64,000 nt of DNA from Eledone cirrhosa (Eukaryota): assembly GCA_964016885.1 (NCBI GenBank), contig OZ024747.1:33852001-33916000 (forward strand). Reading direction: 5' to 3'. A model generated the notes under the pieces. That model made no database searches. It saw nothing but the letters and a program-made list of their open reading frames with translations, and was not told where the DNA came from. The position numbers and the translations under genes were made by a program. Below, one piece after another: positions 1 through 12,699 of the stretch (positions are counted from its first letter, which is position 1; the number at the start of each line of letters is the position of its first letter).

Positions 1-700
1 AAAGGAAAATATGGCACAGGTGCCCTCTGGGAAATGGCCATGCTCAGGTGCAATACGTAGCAAGTGCCCACAGGATACTAGCTCGATCTACTCTCCAGAT
101 GGTTGATAGAAATAGTAGACACTTTCCGTTACCTGGGTGACGAAATCAGCAGTTGTGGAGGGTGCTCTGAAAGTACAGTCGCCAGTGATAGAACGGGATG
201 GAAAATGTGCAGAGAGCTTATACTGCTGTTGGCTACAAAAGGTTTCTCTCTGAAAATGAAAGGCAGATTGTATGATGCCTGTATACGAACAGCAATGTTA
301 CATGGCAGTGAGACATGGGCATTGTGTGCAAATGATCTGTGCAGACTGGAAAGGAACGACGCATGCATGTTCTGTTTGATGTGTAATAGTAATATACACA
401 AACAGCAAAGCATAAATGAACTAAGTGAGAAATTAGGAATAAGAGAGATCAGATGATGTTTACTCGAGAGAAGACTACGTTGGTATGGTCACGTGATGAG
501 CATGAAAGACAAAAGCTGTATAAAAAAGTGCAGGGCGATTAAAATTAATGGAAGTTACGGAGTAGGTAGACCCAGAAAAACCTGGGATGACATGAAAAGT
601 CTGACCTTACACACTTGCACCTCTCTAAGACAATACCATTGGATCGAGATCTTTGGTGCCATGCAGTATTACAGAAGATCTGCCTTCCCTACGTGCAAAC
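1..700 (+). mobile_element. RTE-clade LINE, decayed 3' fragment (RT thumb / C-terminal domain)
   Basis: ORF 103..456 has EIVDTFRYLG, GRLYDACIRTAMLHGSETW; downstream RRLRWYGHV and GRPRKTW; paralogous to 6950-7770 and 11982-12600. Confidence 0.85.
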
Positions 701-839
701 TTAACCTACAGTCAGTAGGCCACTCAAAACCAATCATTCACCCCAACCCACTACCCCTACTCCATCCTCCCACTCCTGCCAACACCACCCTTTCTTTATA
801 AAGTTATGTTGGTACCACAACATCCAGTCCAAACTAATG

Positions 840-1068
840 AGATCGTGTAGGTGTCATGACACAAAAACAGTCAACGCTGTAATGTGGTCATGTAGGTAAC
901 ACGGTAAAAAGCTTCCAGTCTACACTGTAAATGTGGTTGGTGTTAGGAACCTGCCAGATAGTCCTATACGAATGAGGCATGGTCACCCACCAATCTTGCC
1001 TCAAGTGGGACAATTTCCGTCTAAACCATGCTAGCGTGGAAGATAGACGTTAAACGATGACGATGATT
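840..1068 (+). mobile_element. RTE/SINE shared 3' tail segment
   Basis: cactgtaaatgtggttggtgttaggaa...ccatgctagcgtggaagatagacgttaaacgatgacgatgat then (TA)n; same tail at 7815-8060, 16640-16808, 50700-51022. Confidence 0.7.
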
Positions 1069-2756
1069 ATATATATATATATATATGAGCTCTGGCCGTT
1101 TCGACAGCCATATCTAGCTGTCCACCAAAAGAGGTAAAACTCATCAAATTGGACCAATAAAAAAATATTTCTATTGGTTCTTCCATTGCTGAGACTATAT
1201 ATGGGTCGCAGCTCGTGACATGTCAAACAAAGTATCTTGCTCAAAGACATAATGCCTTGCCCGGTCCAGGAATCAAACTCATAACTGTGAATCCAATTCT
1301 CTATAAACTAAGCCGTATGTGAAGATGGGAATTTAAGTGTAAATACTTTGAAATAAACAATTTTACATCATATAAAAATGAGTGTTTCAGGTGGTTTGGT
1401 ATTAAAAAGGTTCACAAATTTATGAAAGGAAAAAATTAAAGAATAAAATTATCCTAAAGTAAATAAAATATGACACCAAATCAATCCTACAGTTTTTAAA
1501 CCTTTAGCATTTACATTACTCGATATTTACTATTGTATTTTTGAGGTAAAGATCTTACCTCAGAATTATCACACATAATATTGAATCTATGAGATTTTGA
1601 TATTAATTATTTTGAGAACGATACCTTAACATAAGTTATAAGCAGTCGGCTATGATTGGTTTGAACAGAAGGAGATGAGAGAATTCTGGTTGGAGACAGC
1701 TAGTTTAAATGCTTTAAATGCTAAAGTGTTATGAAAGAAAGGAGTCACTGATCAATGTAGATCATGATTTGAAAAAAAAAATACAATATGTTCTTGTCTG
1801 GAATGTTTTTGATTATTGGTCTCTTAAATGCAGACGAACAACAGGTGTAATGAACCAATGTAGGAAATTATGTGGTTGATTGATATGTTTGAAATAACAG
1901 TCACATCTCGAGTAAAACATTAAACTGTTTTTAAACTAGGAAAGACACAGTGAATAATTTAGCCCTAAATAAACTGTGTTTAAAATAAATAAAAGATGGT
2001 CATCAGTGGAATTGTTTTGATCATAGATCTACTAAATGAGAAGTGACTTAGGCTGAATGTATAATAACAATAAATACTTGTTATTGTATAAAATATTAGA
2101 TCTGGAAGCAACGAAGAGGCATTTGACAATATAAATAGAATTTTAAATAAAAATAGTGAGAAAGATAATAATGTACATATTAATGATGTGAATGTAAATA
2201 TTCTTGTAAATATGAAATATAAATCATGTTGGAAATGAAATTGTAAATATAAACAGTACTAATAATATTGATGATGAATTTTCGAATAAAAATGTACATG
2301 AAAGAGAAAATATTATGAGAACTCAGTAAAACTGAACATTTAGAATGCAATGATAGAGAAAAACTACTAAAACATATCAAATAGCAAGGCCAAACAATAA
2401 AACATGAAGATATATGACAAAAGACCTCCATATATTGCTTTGTGAAACTGAAGTCACAGATATAATATAGATATAACCTTCCTGAACAAAATAATATATA
2501 CTGCAGCACACACACCACTACATTACCCACTGGCACTAAAGCAAATAAGCATAAAATGCACAAACATAAGTAACCAATGTGGAAAGAAAACAAAAAAAAA
2601 TTGAAAATCTTTATGGGTGATTGTTAATATTTGATGAACTGTTAAAAGATGTGATAATATAAACAAGGAAATGCCAAAAAGGTTAAGTGGAAATATATGA
2701 TAGTATGAGGATGATAGAATGAAAAATAAGACCATACAAGGATATAGTAATATAAA

Positions 2757-2942
2757 TGTTTCTACTTTTGGCACAAGGCCAGCAATAACCCAGTACATTA
2801 CTGGTACTTTATTTTATCGACCTTGTAAGGATAAAAAGCAAAGTTAACCGCAGCGAGATTTGAACTCAGTTCGTAAAGGAACATAACTGTGCTGCAAAGC
2901 ATAGCGTCTGACTCTCTACCAATACTGCCAATCCACCACCCT
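2757..2942 (-). mobile_element. tRNA-derived SINE (family with central 'ttgcctttcatcct..ggtcgataaa..gtaccag' domain)
   Basis: Reverse complement of the 57703-57900 copy; B-box-like GAGTTCAAATC. Confidence 0.75.
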
Positions 2943-3731
2943 GTGATATATAGTTATATAGTGATATAATGTTAGAAAAACTATCAAGATACGTTATGAA
3001 AATCATACAAATGAAAATCTCCAGTACACAAAATTCCAAACTTCTGGTTAATCAGCCTGACATCTTTCCATAAGTATCTGGCAAATGCTCTCTCAAATCC
3101 CATGAATAATTCTTAGAATTCACAAGCCGGGTTAAATAACGAAACAACATATTTCTTGCTTGAAAAAAATAATGTAACTATATACCCAAAATATTACAAA
3201 CTGATAACATATCTTTCAACAACTTATAAACTTTTAACTTAAATCCTAATAGAAATAATGTACACACATCTAGTAAATAATAGCATATTTCTCAATGAGC
3301 AGATAAACTATAAGCAAAACCCATATCGTGTTAAAGGTCAACTTTTCTTGATGATTTTCACTCCTGGAAGCACAATCTCAACCAGCATACACTATACTCC
3401 CTTTCTGCTGCTAGTTGGTGTAGACATCCATTAAGATGTCACTGAACAAGCTTAATGATAAGCACAATCACATACACAGAATTAACAGAATAAATATGTG
3501 GAATATGTTGCTTCTTGGTGAAAAAAGTGAAAGCGGCACCAGCTCAATCTGCACTCAAAACTATTGTCAACCGAAATGATTGGACATTGGTTGTAAATAT
3601 CTTCCTTCAATTGAAATGTTCACATTCTTAGAAAAGAACTTTCTTACTAATGCCTTTTGTTAAGATATGATTGTAAGTTTGAAGAAAAGAACAAAACCCC
3701 ATATGTTAGACTCATACTGTGAAATACTGAT

Positions 3732-3732
<1 letters not shown>

Positions 3733-3786
<54 letters not shown>

Positions 3787-3825
3787 TACTACTACTACTA
3801 CACTAATACTACTGCTACAACAACA

Positions 3826-3868
<43 letters not shown>
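3733..3868. repeat. (TAC)n microsatellite
   Basis: Direct reading; explains poly-Y/poly-T ORF 3667..3888. Confidence 0.95.
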
Positions 3869-4659
3869 GAAATGATAATATTAAATAAATATCAATACTT
3901 TCAAAAATAAGCAGAGATAAATCTAACGGTAAATGAAATATGTATATCTATCTCTTTATTTCAGTGTTATGAATATAGATGGCTTTTGACCTTCCTCTAT
4001 GGATTTGTAAAGATTTTCAACTTACCCCAGCCATCTATAGATTATTTTGTCTCTACAGATATTTTTCTTCCACAATTTGAAAATGTTCTCATATATTATT
4101 ATTCACGTAATTTCCCCAACGTATATTTCGACTTTTTTGGAAATAAACCATGCTGGACATTCTCCCCCCCCCCCCTCTCTCTCTCTCCAACTCTCTACGA
4201 ACTCATCCCAATCAATCTATCATTTAGTCGGTGACCATCTTTGAAAGTCACATGCAATCGCCTTGTTGAATATGCCAACTTGTATCTGCCTATTTCCCCC
4301 GAATCTTCTGTGATAATATATGCCATGATGGCTACCTATCTCACAATTTACCTCCCGCTGACCCCCCACTAACCACCATAGGCTTTTCGACCAATCAAAC
4401 TACAGCAACATATCCTCACCCATTACCAGCGCCAACAAATTCTGCCATTACTACTATCGTTCTTTCTAGCCCTGCACCAAAGAAATTCTTGTTTATCGTT
4501 ATCTATGGATAAGCTGGGGATAAATGGAACAACCCTGAATAAATAAATGAATATGAATCCATGAGTTACCAAGCACCCATGCAAAGCTTTAATTCAGAGA
4601 CAGAAAGCATACACACTCCCCTGCAAAAATTCACCCCTTCCCACCAGTGATGGCAAAAG

Positions 4660-7600
4660 CCCAAAACTCAGAGTTGGCACCATCAACGTAAGCACAATGA
4701 AAGGAAGAGTAAGAGAAATTGCAGAGGTGTTAGAGCAAAAGGAAATTGATGTATGCTGTGTGCAAGAAACTAGATGGAGAGGAGAGTCCGCTAGAGTCCT
4801 TGTAGGAAAAAATCAGAGCTAGAAATGTTTCTGGATGGGAAATGACAATGGGTTGGGTGGTATAGGTATACTGTTAGCTGACAAATGGGTAGATAAGGTA
4901 ATCAGTGAACGGAGTGAATGCAAGAATCATCAAACTCAGACTAGTCCTGATAAAACAATAGCTACAATTATATCATCAGCTTATGCACCCAATCTGGGTT
5001 GCCAGACAAACTTAAGGATAGGTTTTAATTCACACTAACAAACGACAATGATTTCCTACTCATTGCAGTAGACTTTAATAGAAGCATTGAGAAACACCGT
5101 GATGGCTTCTATAGAGTCCATGGAGGCTCCGGGTTAGGCACAAGAAATTAAGAAAATTTCAGGATTCTAGAATTCTGCGACGCCAATGACATGTCGATAT
5201 GTAACACAAACTTCAAAAAACCCGACAGCCATCTGATCACCTATAGATGAGAGGAACATTCTAGTCAGATAGATTTTATCCTCATCAGAGGACGATATAG
5301 ATGGATGGTTGTAAATACAAAAGCCTTTCCTAGTGAAGAATGTACCTCCCAACGTAACTTAGTTGTCAGTGACCTCATGGTCAGAACTAGACAAACTTGG
5401 AAACAGAAGGCAACTTGGAAATAAAGATCTGGAAGCTGAAATACCTCTCAGCCAGTAACAGATTTAAAGATATCTTACTTGAAGCCTATGAGAGTAAAGA
5501 AGAACAGATAGAGACATTCAATGGAGAGGGCACTAGGAGTTCCTAAAATATAACTTACTAAAGGCGACAGATGAGATCTGTGGCTGAAGTAAGACCACAG
5601 GCAGGAGGAGAGTGACTTGGTGGTGGAACTATAGGTAGATGAGGCAGATAAGGCCAAGAGACAGACATGGAAAGAATGGAAGAATGGGGGAAGCAGGGTG
5701 CATTACATAGAGACCAGGAGGGAAGCTAGGCGACAAGTATACTTAGCTAGGATGGAAGTAGAGGATAGAAAATTCTAGCATGTTTTGCAGCATGAGGATG
5801 AGGACAAGAAACAGGAGGTGTTCAAGATTGTGAGGCAGTGTGTTAGAGAAAATTGTGATGTCATTGGAGAGAAGTGTATCCGGAATGATAAAGATGAGCT
5901 TGCACTCACAAGTGCTGAGACGAAAGATGCATGGAAGAGCCATTATGATAGATTACTAAATGAGGAGAATGCATGGGAGAAAGAGACCTTACCCCCACGT
6001 GGACCCTATAGAGGAGCCAGCAGTACAAGTCAGCAGCAGCGTAGTAAGTAAGCCAATCAAAGATATGAAGATGGGGAAGGCAACCGGTCCATTGTGTATA
6101 GCTACCGAGATACTGAAAGAATCTGGATCGGTAAGTCATACCATAACAACACGTATCGTTAACCAGCTAATACTAGGTGTCATACCAAAGGATTGGCACA
6201 GCAGCATCATTTTAATTGCTGCAAGGGTAAAGGAGATACTCTAGATAGATAAAACTATAGAGGTATAAAGTTGATGGACCAGGTCATGAAAGAAATGTAA
6301 AAGTCATAGCACAGCTGATTAGCAATGGGTAAAATTAGATGAGATGCAGTTTGAGATTTGTGCCAGGAAAGCCACTGATGCTCTCTCCCTTGTGAGGCAG
6401 TTACAGGAAAAGCACCTAGCTAAAAGTAAGCCACTCTATCTGGCATTTGTCGATTTGGAAAAGCCTTTGAGAGAGTGACTCGTGCTATAATCTGTCAGGC
6501 TCTTAGGACACTAGGAGTAGGTGAATGGCGTGTGAAGGCTGTACAAGCCATGTATAGAGGAGCAGTCAACAAAGTTAGGGTTAACCATGACTATAGCGAG
6601 GAATTTAGCATACAGGTCGGTGTCCACCAATGCTCTGTTCTTAGCCCTCTCCTGTTCATTATAGTATTGCAGGCTATGACAGAGGAGTTTAAGACTGGAT
6701 GTCCATGGGAACTTCTGTACTCAGATGATCTTACACTTATAGCTGAATCTATGGTGGAACTAGAGGAGAAATTCCAAACATGGAAGCAGGGACTAAAAAG
6801 AAGGGGTTTCAAAGTCAACCTGACAAAGACTAAGGTCATCATAAGTAAATGAGAAAACAGAATCCAGATCGTCTCAGGGACATGGCCTTGCTCAGTATAG
6901 GAAAGGTGTAGGTAAAAATTCCGTCCTCTGCCCCAAATGCAAACTATGAGTGCACAAGAGATATAGTGGGATCTCAGGAATTTTAATCAAGAAGGTATGC
7001 TTTACATATAGCAGTTGCACCAGGAGAGTAAGCAGCAAATGGCCACAGGAAACAAGCACTACCAAACTCCAGGAGGGCACTGTAGAAACAGTAGACAGCT
7101 TCTGCTACCTAGATGACCGAATTAATAGTGGAGGTAGGTGTTCTGAAAGTACAGTGACCAGGGTAAGAATGGGATGGAAGAGGTTCAAGGAGCTACTGCC
7201 ACTGCTAGCTACAAAAGGCTTTTCCCTCAAAAGGAAAGGCAGACTGTATGATGTATGCATACAAACAGCAATGTTACATGGTAGTGAGACTTGCATAGAT
7301 TGGAAAGAAATGAAGCTTGCATGCTCTGATGGATGTATAATAGTAATATACGTGAACAGCAAGGCATAAAAAAATGGAGAGAGAGACTTAGCATAAGAGG
7401 AATCAAATGCTGTGTACAAGGGAGGCGGTTGCGTTGGTATAAACATATGATGAATATGAAGGATGCCAGCTGCATAAAAAGGTGTAGAACATTAAAAGTC
7501 AATGGAAGCCTTGGAGTGGGTAGCAGAAGCTGTCTACTGTTTCTACAGTGCCCTCCTGGAGTTTGGTAGTGCTTGTTTCCTGTGGCCATTTGCTGCTTAC

Positions 7601-7770
7601 TCTCCTGGTGCAACTGCTATATGTAAAGCATACCTTCTTGATTAAAAGAAGACCTGGGATGAGCTGATAAAAGCTGAACTTGCCCAATTTCACCTTTGAA
7701 AGGTGATAACACAGGGCCGAGACCTCTGGCGTTATGCAGTAATACAGAAGACCCGACTTCCCACAGATAC
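4660..7770 (+). mobile_element. Near full-length but decayed RTE-clade LINE (APE endonuclease + RT)
   Basis: RVGTINVSTMKGR..IDVCCVQETRWRG (APE N-terminus, ~4670), LAFVDLEK, GVHQCSVLSPLLF, LLYSDD, VNLTKTK, RRLRWY; many stops and frameshifts. Confidence 0.9.
7519..7647 (-). repeat. 129-bp inverted duplication of 6981-7109 inserted inside the same LINE copy
   Basis: Reverse-complement match with no mismatch seen; peptide LIKKVCFTYSSC..VDSFCY appears on both strands in the ORF track. Confidence 0.92.
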
Positions 7771-7814
7771 AAGCCAAAGCTGAAGCATATAGGCAATATG
7801 CCCCTACCCACTCT

Positions 7815-8060
7815 CACTGTAAAGTGGTCATGCAGGTGTTATGACAAAAATCACACTGTAAAGTAGTAGTGTAGGTGACACAGTAAAACGACACCCAGTA
7901 CTCACTGTAAATGAGGTTGGTGTTAGGAAGGGCATCCAGCCCAAATCAGTTCTGTATGAGCAAGACATGGTCACCTGACCTGGCATCGCCAATAACAAGA
8001 TAATCCATCTAACCTATGCTAGCATGGAAGAATGGATGTAAAACGATGATGGTGATGATA
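7815..8060 (+). mobile_element. RTE 3'UTR / SINE tail ending in (GAT)n(TA)n
   Basis: ggttggtgttaggaagggcatccagc...atgctagcatggaagaatggatgtaaaacgatgatg. Confidence 0.7.
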
Positions 8061-8827
8061 TATATATATGAAACAATTTTGAATGCAATTCAAAGTTGAG
8101 CTCATACATAAAACGACACAGGTGTAAAATATTATGTGGAGAAATATCGTTGGAAGTAATGCTGTGATAGATTATATGAAAGCGTGGCACTCACAGGAAA
8201 ATGATTGACTCAACAGAAAACTCTTGCTGATTTATGGAAATGATGGCATCAAGTTTTATTTCATGCTAGCTCTGATTATATTGACATATTTAATGCATAT
8301 CACAGCATGATGAGAAAGGATACACATATATATATATATATAAATACACACATATTTTATATATATGTGTGAGTGTGATTCATCTGTTGTATTGAGGTTT
8401 AAAGAAAACAATTTGTAACATATCAAATTTTCTGTTTAATTTACTTTAATTTAAACATTTTCAGTCTGTTTCATTCATGCCTGCATGCTTGCATATAAAC
8501 GTCACAGTGATTTAGATCTGATTGGTTATTAAATATGGATATTTTCAAATATTTTTAGATGTATCATTATACAGAGTCTGCCAATAAAATGTATACACAC
8601 TTCAGGAAAATATATATGTATATTAAATTATTCAACATTGCATTTCTTGCTTCAAGATATCTTAACTTGGAAATTCATCTTTTGTATGTGTGTATATCTT
8701 CCATATTTTCTGTTTCCTTTTTCTCCCACAAGTTTTTTTAATAATAGCAGATTTCTTCCAAAGAAGGTAAGAGAGAGACAGAGAGAAAGGAAGTGAGAAA
8801 GAAATATAGAGGAAGAATTGCCCCCAG

Positions 8828-8968
8828 AACTATACTGGTACTTTTTTTATCGACCTTGAATGGATGAAAGCAAAGTTGACCTCAGTGGGATTTTAACTCA
8901 AGGGTACGATACAATTACTGCAAAGCATTCTACCAGACATTCTAACAACTCTGCCAGTTCGCCACCTA
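8828..8968 (-). mobile_element. tRNA-derived SINE copy
   Basis: ctggtactttttttatcgaccttgaatggatgaaagcaaagttgacctc = reverse complement of the 57790-57850 core. Confidence 0.7.
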
Positions 8969-10469
8969 TATTTGGGCAGTTTTAGTTTAATATTTATCAA
9001 ACATTAGATGGATAGCTCTAGTCTGAGGTTTTCAAATATTCTTCACTTCCTACCATTTTTCATGGATGTCTTTCAAATAGCTTATGCTCACTGTTCTCTC
9101 TCTTATGAATAAACTTTCAAAATGTCTGCAGGTTAGTACTGGATTTATAGGAACAGAGAAGATGACTACCCTAGTCACCCTTTTTCGAATGGGATCCCTT
9201 GAAAAGTGTGACTGGGTGAAATGTGTGGGAGAAATGAATGGAGGGGGAGATAGGGGAGGTAGAGAAAAGGGGAAAACTAACAATACATGACTGATGTGGG
9301 GAAGGCAGTCAATATGACAAAATCTAGCAGTTTGTTTTGAGGTTTGCACATCTTACTTTTAACAGAAAAATGCATGAAAACGTTTGCCTTTGTTGTATGA
9401 GGTGTCCATTGAACCTGAAATACCCTGGGCTTCCAGATCTAAATCTCATACAGCTGGAGGTGGAGGGTGTAATATAAACACAGAAAACAAGATAACAAGT
9501 ACACAATTAAAAATCATTCCCAAACCATATTTAATATAGCTCTAGATTAGACCGATGATTATTAAAATCTTATTCTACTTCATCATAGTTATCATCATCA
9601 TCACTAACCTCATCAATATTGTTCCCCTTGTTATTGTTATAGTTATAAATGATAATAGTTATTGTTGTTTATTGTTGCCACTGGGCAAACAGAAACAGAA
9701 TTAAAAGCTAAAACAATGCAGTTGAAGTAATTACTAAATAATTAATTAAACAATAATATGACGAGGTGTGGATTCTATTGGAAACATAATTCTTAATTAA
9801 AGACATTGTTTTGTTTAATTACATTTTAAGACTCCTAATTCAAGTAAAACTCTGAAAGCAACAGTAATAGAGTACCATGATTTGATATATACTTGTTATA
9901 TTCAACATATCTACTAACATTCATCATATTAACTATTATTGCCTTATCAATCTTACTTAACAACATCTCCTAAGACAATTTTATTTATTGCTGGCTATCC
10001 AAAAAGCATTTAATTTATCAGTTCTATTTATAACAATTACAATTACAATTACAATGCTCAGACCTGTTGTCATTAGATCTGCTCAATGTAATGTTTAAAT
10101 TCTTTGCCTAAAAATTTGTGTTTGCCTTTAAAATATTTTAAAGTACAAAACAGATGAGTCATCAAGAAAGCTTCTACATGGTCACTTGACTTACTAGAAA
10201 TACTCTCTTGATTTTTTAAATGAAACTAGTCAAACCCTTTTATCTATTCCATTTTGTACATATAAACACAATTAATGTAGTATATATAATGAATATACAA
10301 TATGCCAAAGAAACAAATCAATAAAAATCAATGAAAGAAAAAGAAAGTAGTATTGTAAAAGACTATAAATGAGAAGAAAACAATGGAAAGGGCAAGGATT
10401 ATTACGCAACAAAAGAAAGGAATGGATTTTATCTTCCTCAAAATGTACATATTATATCTGCATATTTTA

Positions 10470-10985
10470 CATGATGACTAAAGATATAAGGTGTTGAGGA
10501 TTGTGAGGTAGTTTATCAGGGAAAATCATGACATTGTTGGGGAGGAGTGTGTCCAAGATGATAATGGTGCACTTGCCCTCACTGATACTGAATAGAAAGT
10601 AGCATGGAAGAAACATTATGAGAAAATGCTGAATGAGATGAATACATGGGAGAAAGATTGCCTGCCCCATGTAGTCCCAAAAGTGGACCAGGTGTACAAT
10701 TCAACAGCACTATACTAAGTAAGGCAATTAAGGACATAAAAATGGGTAAAGCAGCTGGGCCATCAGAGGTAGTTGTTGGGATGCTGAAAGCATCTGGTAT
10801 GCTAGGACACACCTAAATCACCCATATCGTAAACCAAGTAATAAAATGGTGTCATACACAATGAAAAACATAGAAGCATCATTGTCAAATTCTATAAGGC
10901 AAAAGAGATTCACTAGACAGAGGCATCAAATTGATGGACCAGGCCATGAAAGATAAAGTAAAAGATATTGCACAGTTGAATAATC
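10470..10985 (+). mobile_element. Older RTE LINE internal fragment
   Basis: Homologous to 5800-6320 (KAIKDIKMGKAAGPS, GIKLMDQ). Confidence 0.75.
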
Positions 10986-11080
10986 CCACTCTACTTTATT
11001 GAAGAAATGACATTGGATAATATAATTGTACACAGAATATAGTAAGGAAAATAAACATTAAATGATGATGATGATAATGA

Positions 11081-11159
<79 letters not shown>

Positions 11160-11162
<3 letters not shown>

Positions 11163-12625
11163 GGGATGCTCTGGAGAGGAGCAATTATAGGGGTATAAAA
11201 CTGATGGATCAGGTTATGAAAGTGGCAGAAAGGATATTAGCACAACTAATTAGAGAAAGGGTCAAACTAGATGAGATGCAGTTTGGTTTTGTGCCCTCTT
11301 CTTGGTGAGACAATTGCAAGAGAGGTTCTTGGAGAAAAATAAGCCACTATACTTAGCCTTTGTTGACCTAGAGAAGGCCTTTGATAGGGTACCCCGATCT
11401 GTCATCTGGTGGTCCCTAAGGAAGCTAGGTGTTGAGGAATGGCTTGTGAGGACAGTGCACACTTTGTACAGAGGTACTCTCAGTAAAGTCAGGGTAGGAA
11501 TGAAGTTTAGTGAGGAATTCCAGATACAAGTAGGAGTATATCAAGGTTCGGTCCTCAGCCCACTCTTGTTCATTATACTCCTCCAAGCCATAACAGAGGA
11601 GTTTAAGACTGGTGTCCATGGGAACTTCTCTATGCTGACGATATGGTTCTTATAGCAGAATCAGTAGAGGAGCTAGAGAATAAATTCTGGCTATGGAAAC
11701 AGCAGTTGGAAGCAAGAGGACTGAGAGTGAACTTAGCTAAGACAAAAGTGTTGATGAGTAGAAAAGAGGGCAACACTCTGATTCTGTCAGGGAAATGGCC
11801 ATGTTCGATATGCAGAAAAGGAACTGGCATAAATTCTCTAAAATGCACACAATGCAGATCCTGAGTACACAAGAGATGTAGCGGGATAGCAGGCAAACTA
11901 ACAGGAAGGGAGAAATATGTATGCAGTAGATGTACAGGGAAATTAGATAGTAGAAGTCACATTGAAAGACACATTTTTCAAATGCAGGAGGGCGCTATAG
12001 AAGTGGTGGATAGCTTCCGGTACCTAGGAGATCAGATTAGCATGGGAGAGCGGTGTTCCGAGGACATAGTATCTAGAATAAGGATGGGTTGGAAGAAGTT
12101 TAGGGAGCTGCTTCCTCTGCTGACGAAGAAGGGTTTCTCCCTGCATACGAAAGGCCGTTTGTATGATGCCTGTGTGAGGAGCGCGATGCTGCATGGTAGT
12201 GAGACATGGGCATCAACTGCAGAGGATATGCGACGGCTGGAGAGAAATGAGGCAAGCATGCTCCGTTGGATGTGCAGTGTAAATGTGCATGAATGACCCA
12301 GCATGAATGTGTTGAGAGAGAAACTGTGACTGAGAGTGATAGAATGTAGTGTACGGGAGAGGAGACTGAGGTGGTATGGACATGTGATGCGCATGGAGGA
12401 TGACTGATGGGTAAAGAAGTGCCAGGAAATGCCAGTTGAAGGAAGACGTGGTAGAGGTAGACCACAAAAAATATGGGCGGAGGTGGTGAGAACAGACCTC
12501 AGATCGTTGAAGATCACGGTGGAGATGACGAAGGACCGTGACGAGTGGAGAGATGGTGTGCTAAATAAGACACGCCCCACCCTTGCAAGCAGTGAAAAGC
12601 GGACGCAAAATAATGATGATGATGA

Positions 12626-12630
<5 letters not shown>
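11160..12630 (+). mobile_element. 5'-truncated RTE LINE (RT, PHD-like Cys insert, C-terminal domain, (GAT)n tail) between (TA)n tracts
   Basis: NYRGIKLMDQ, LAFVDLEKAFDRVPR, GVYQGSVLSPLLF, YADD, VVDSFRYLG, RGRGRPQKIW; ends gatgatgat(TA)n. Confidence 0.93.

Positions 12631-12691
<61 letters not shown>

Positions 12692-12699
<8 letters not shown>

Noticed and set aside
9357-9453. Candidate minus-strand exon with ccag acceptor and GTAAGA donor
   Set aside because: Open-frame peptide is unrecognisable and there is no supporting neighbour exon
6947-11864. Same in-frame TGA before VHKR in two diverged RTE copies (6947 and 11862) as possible selenocysteine or readthrough
   Set aside because: Position corresponds to Trp (TGG>TGA), both copies have many other lesions, and no SECIS was identified; two copies are insufficient
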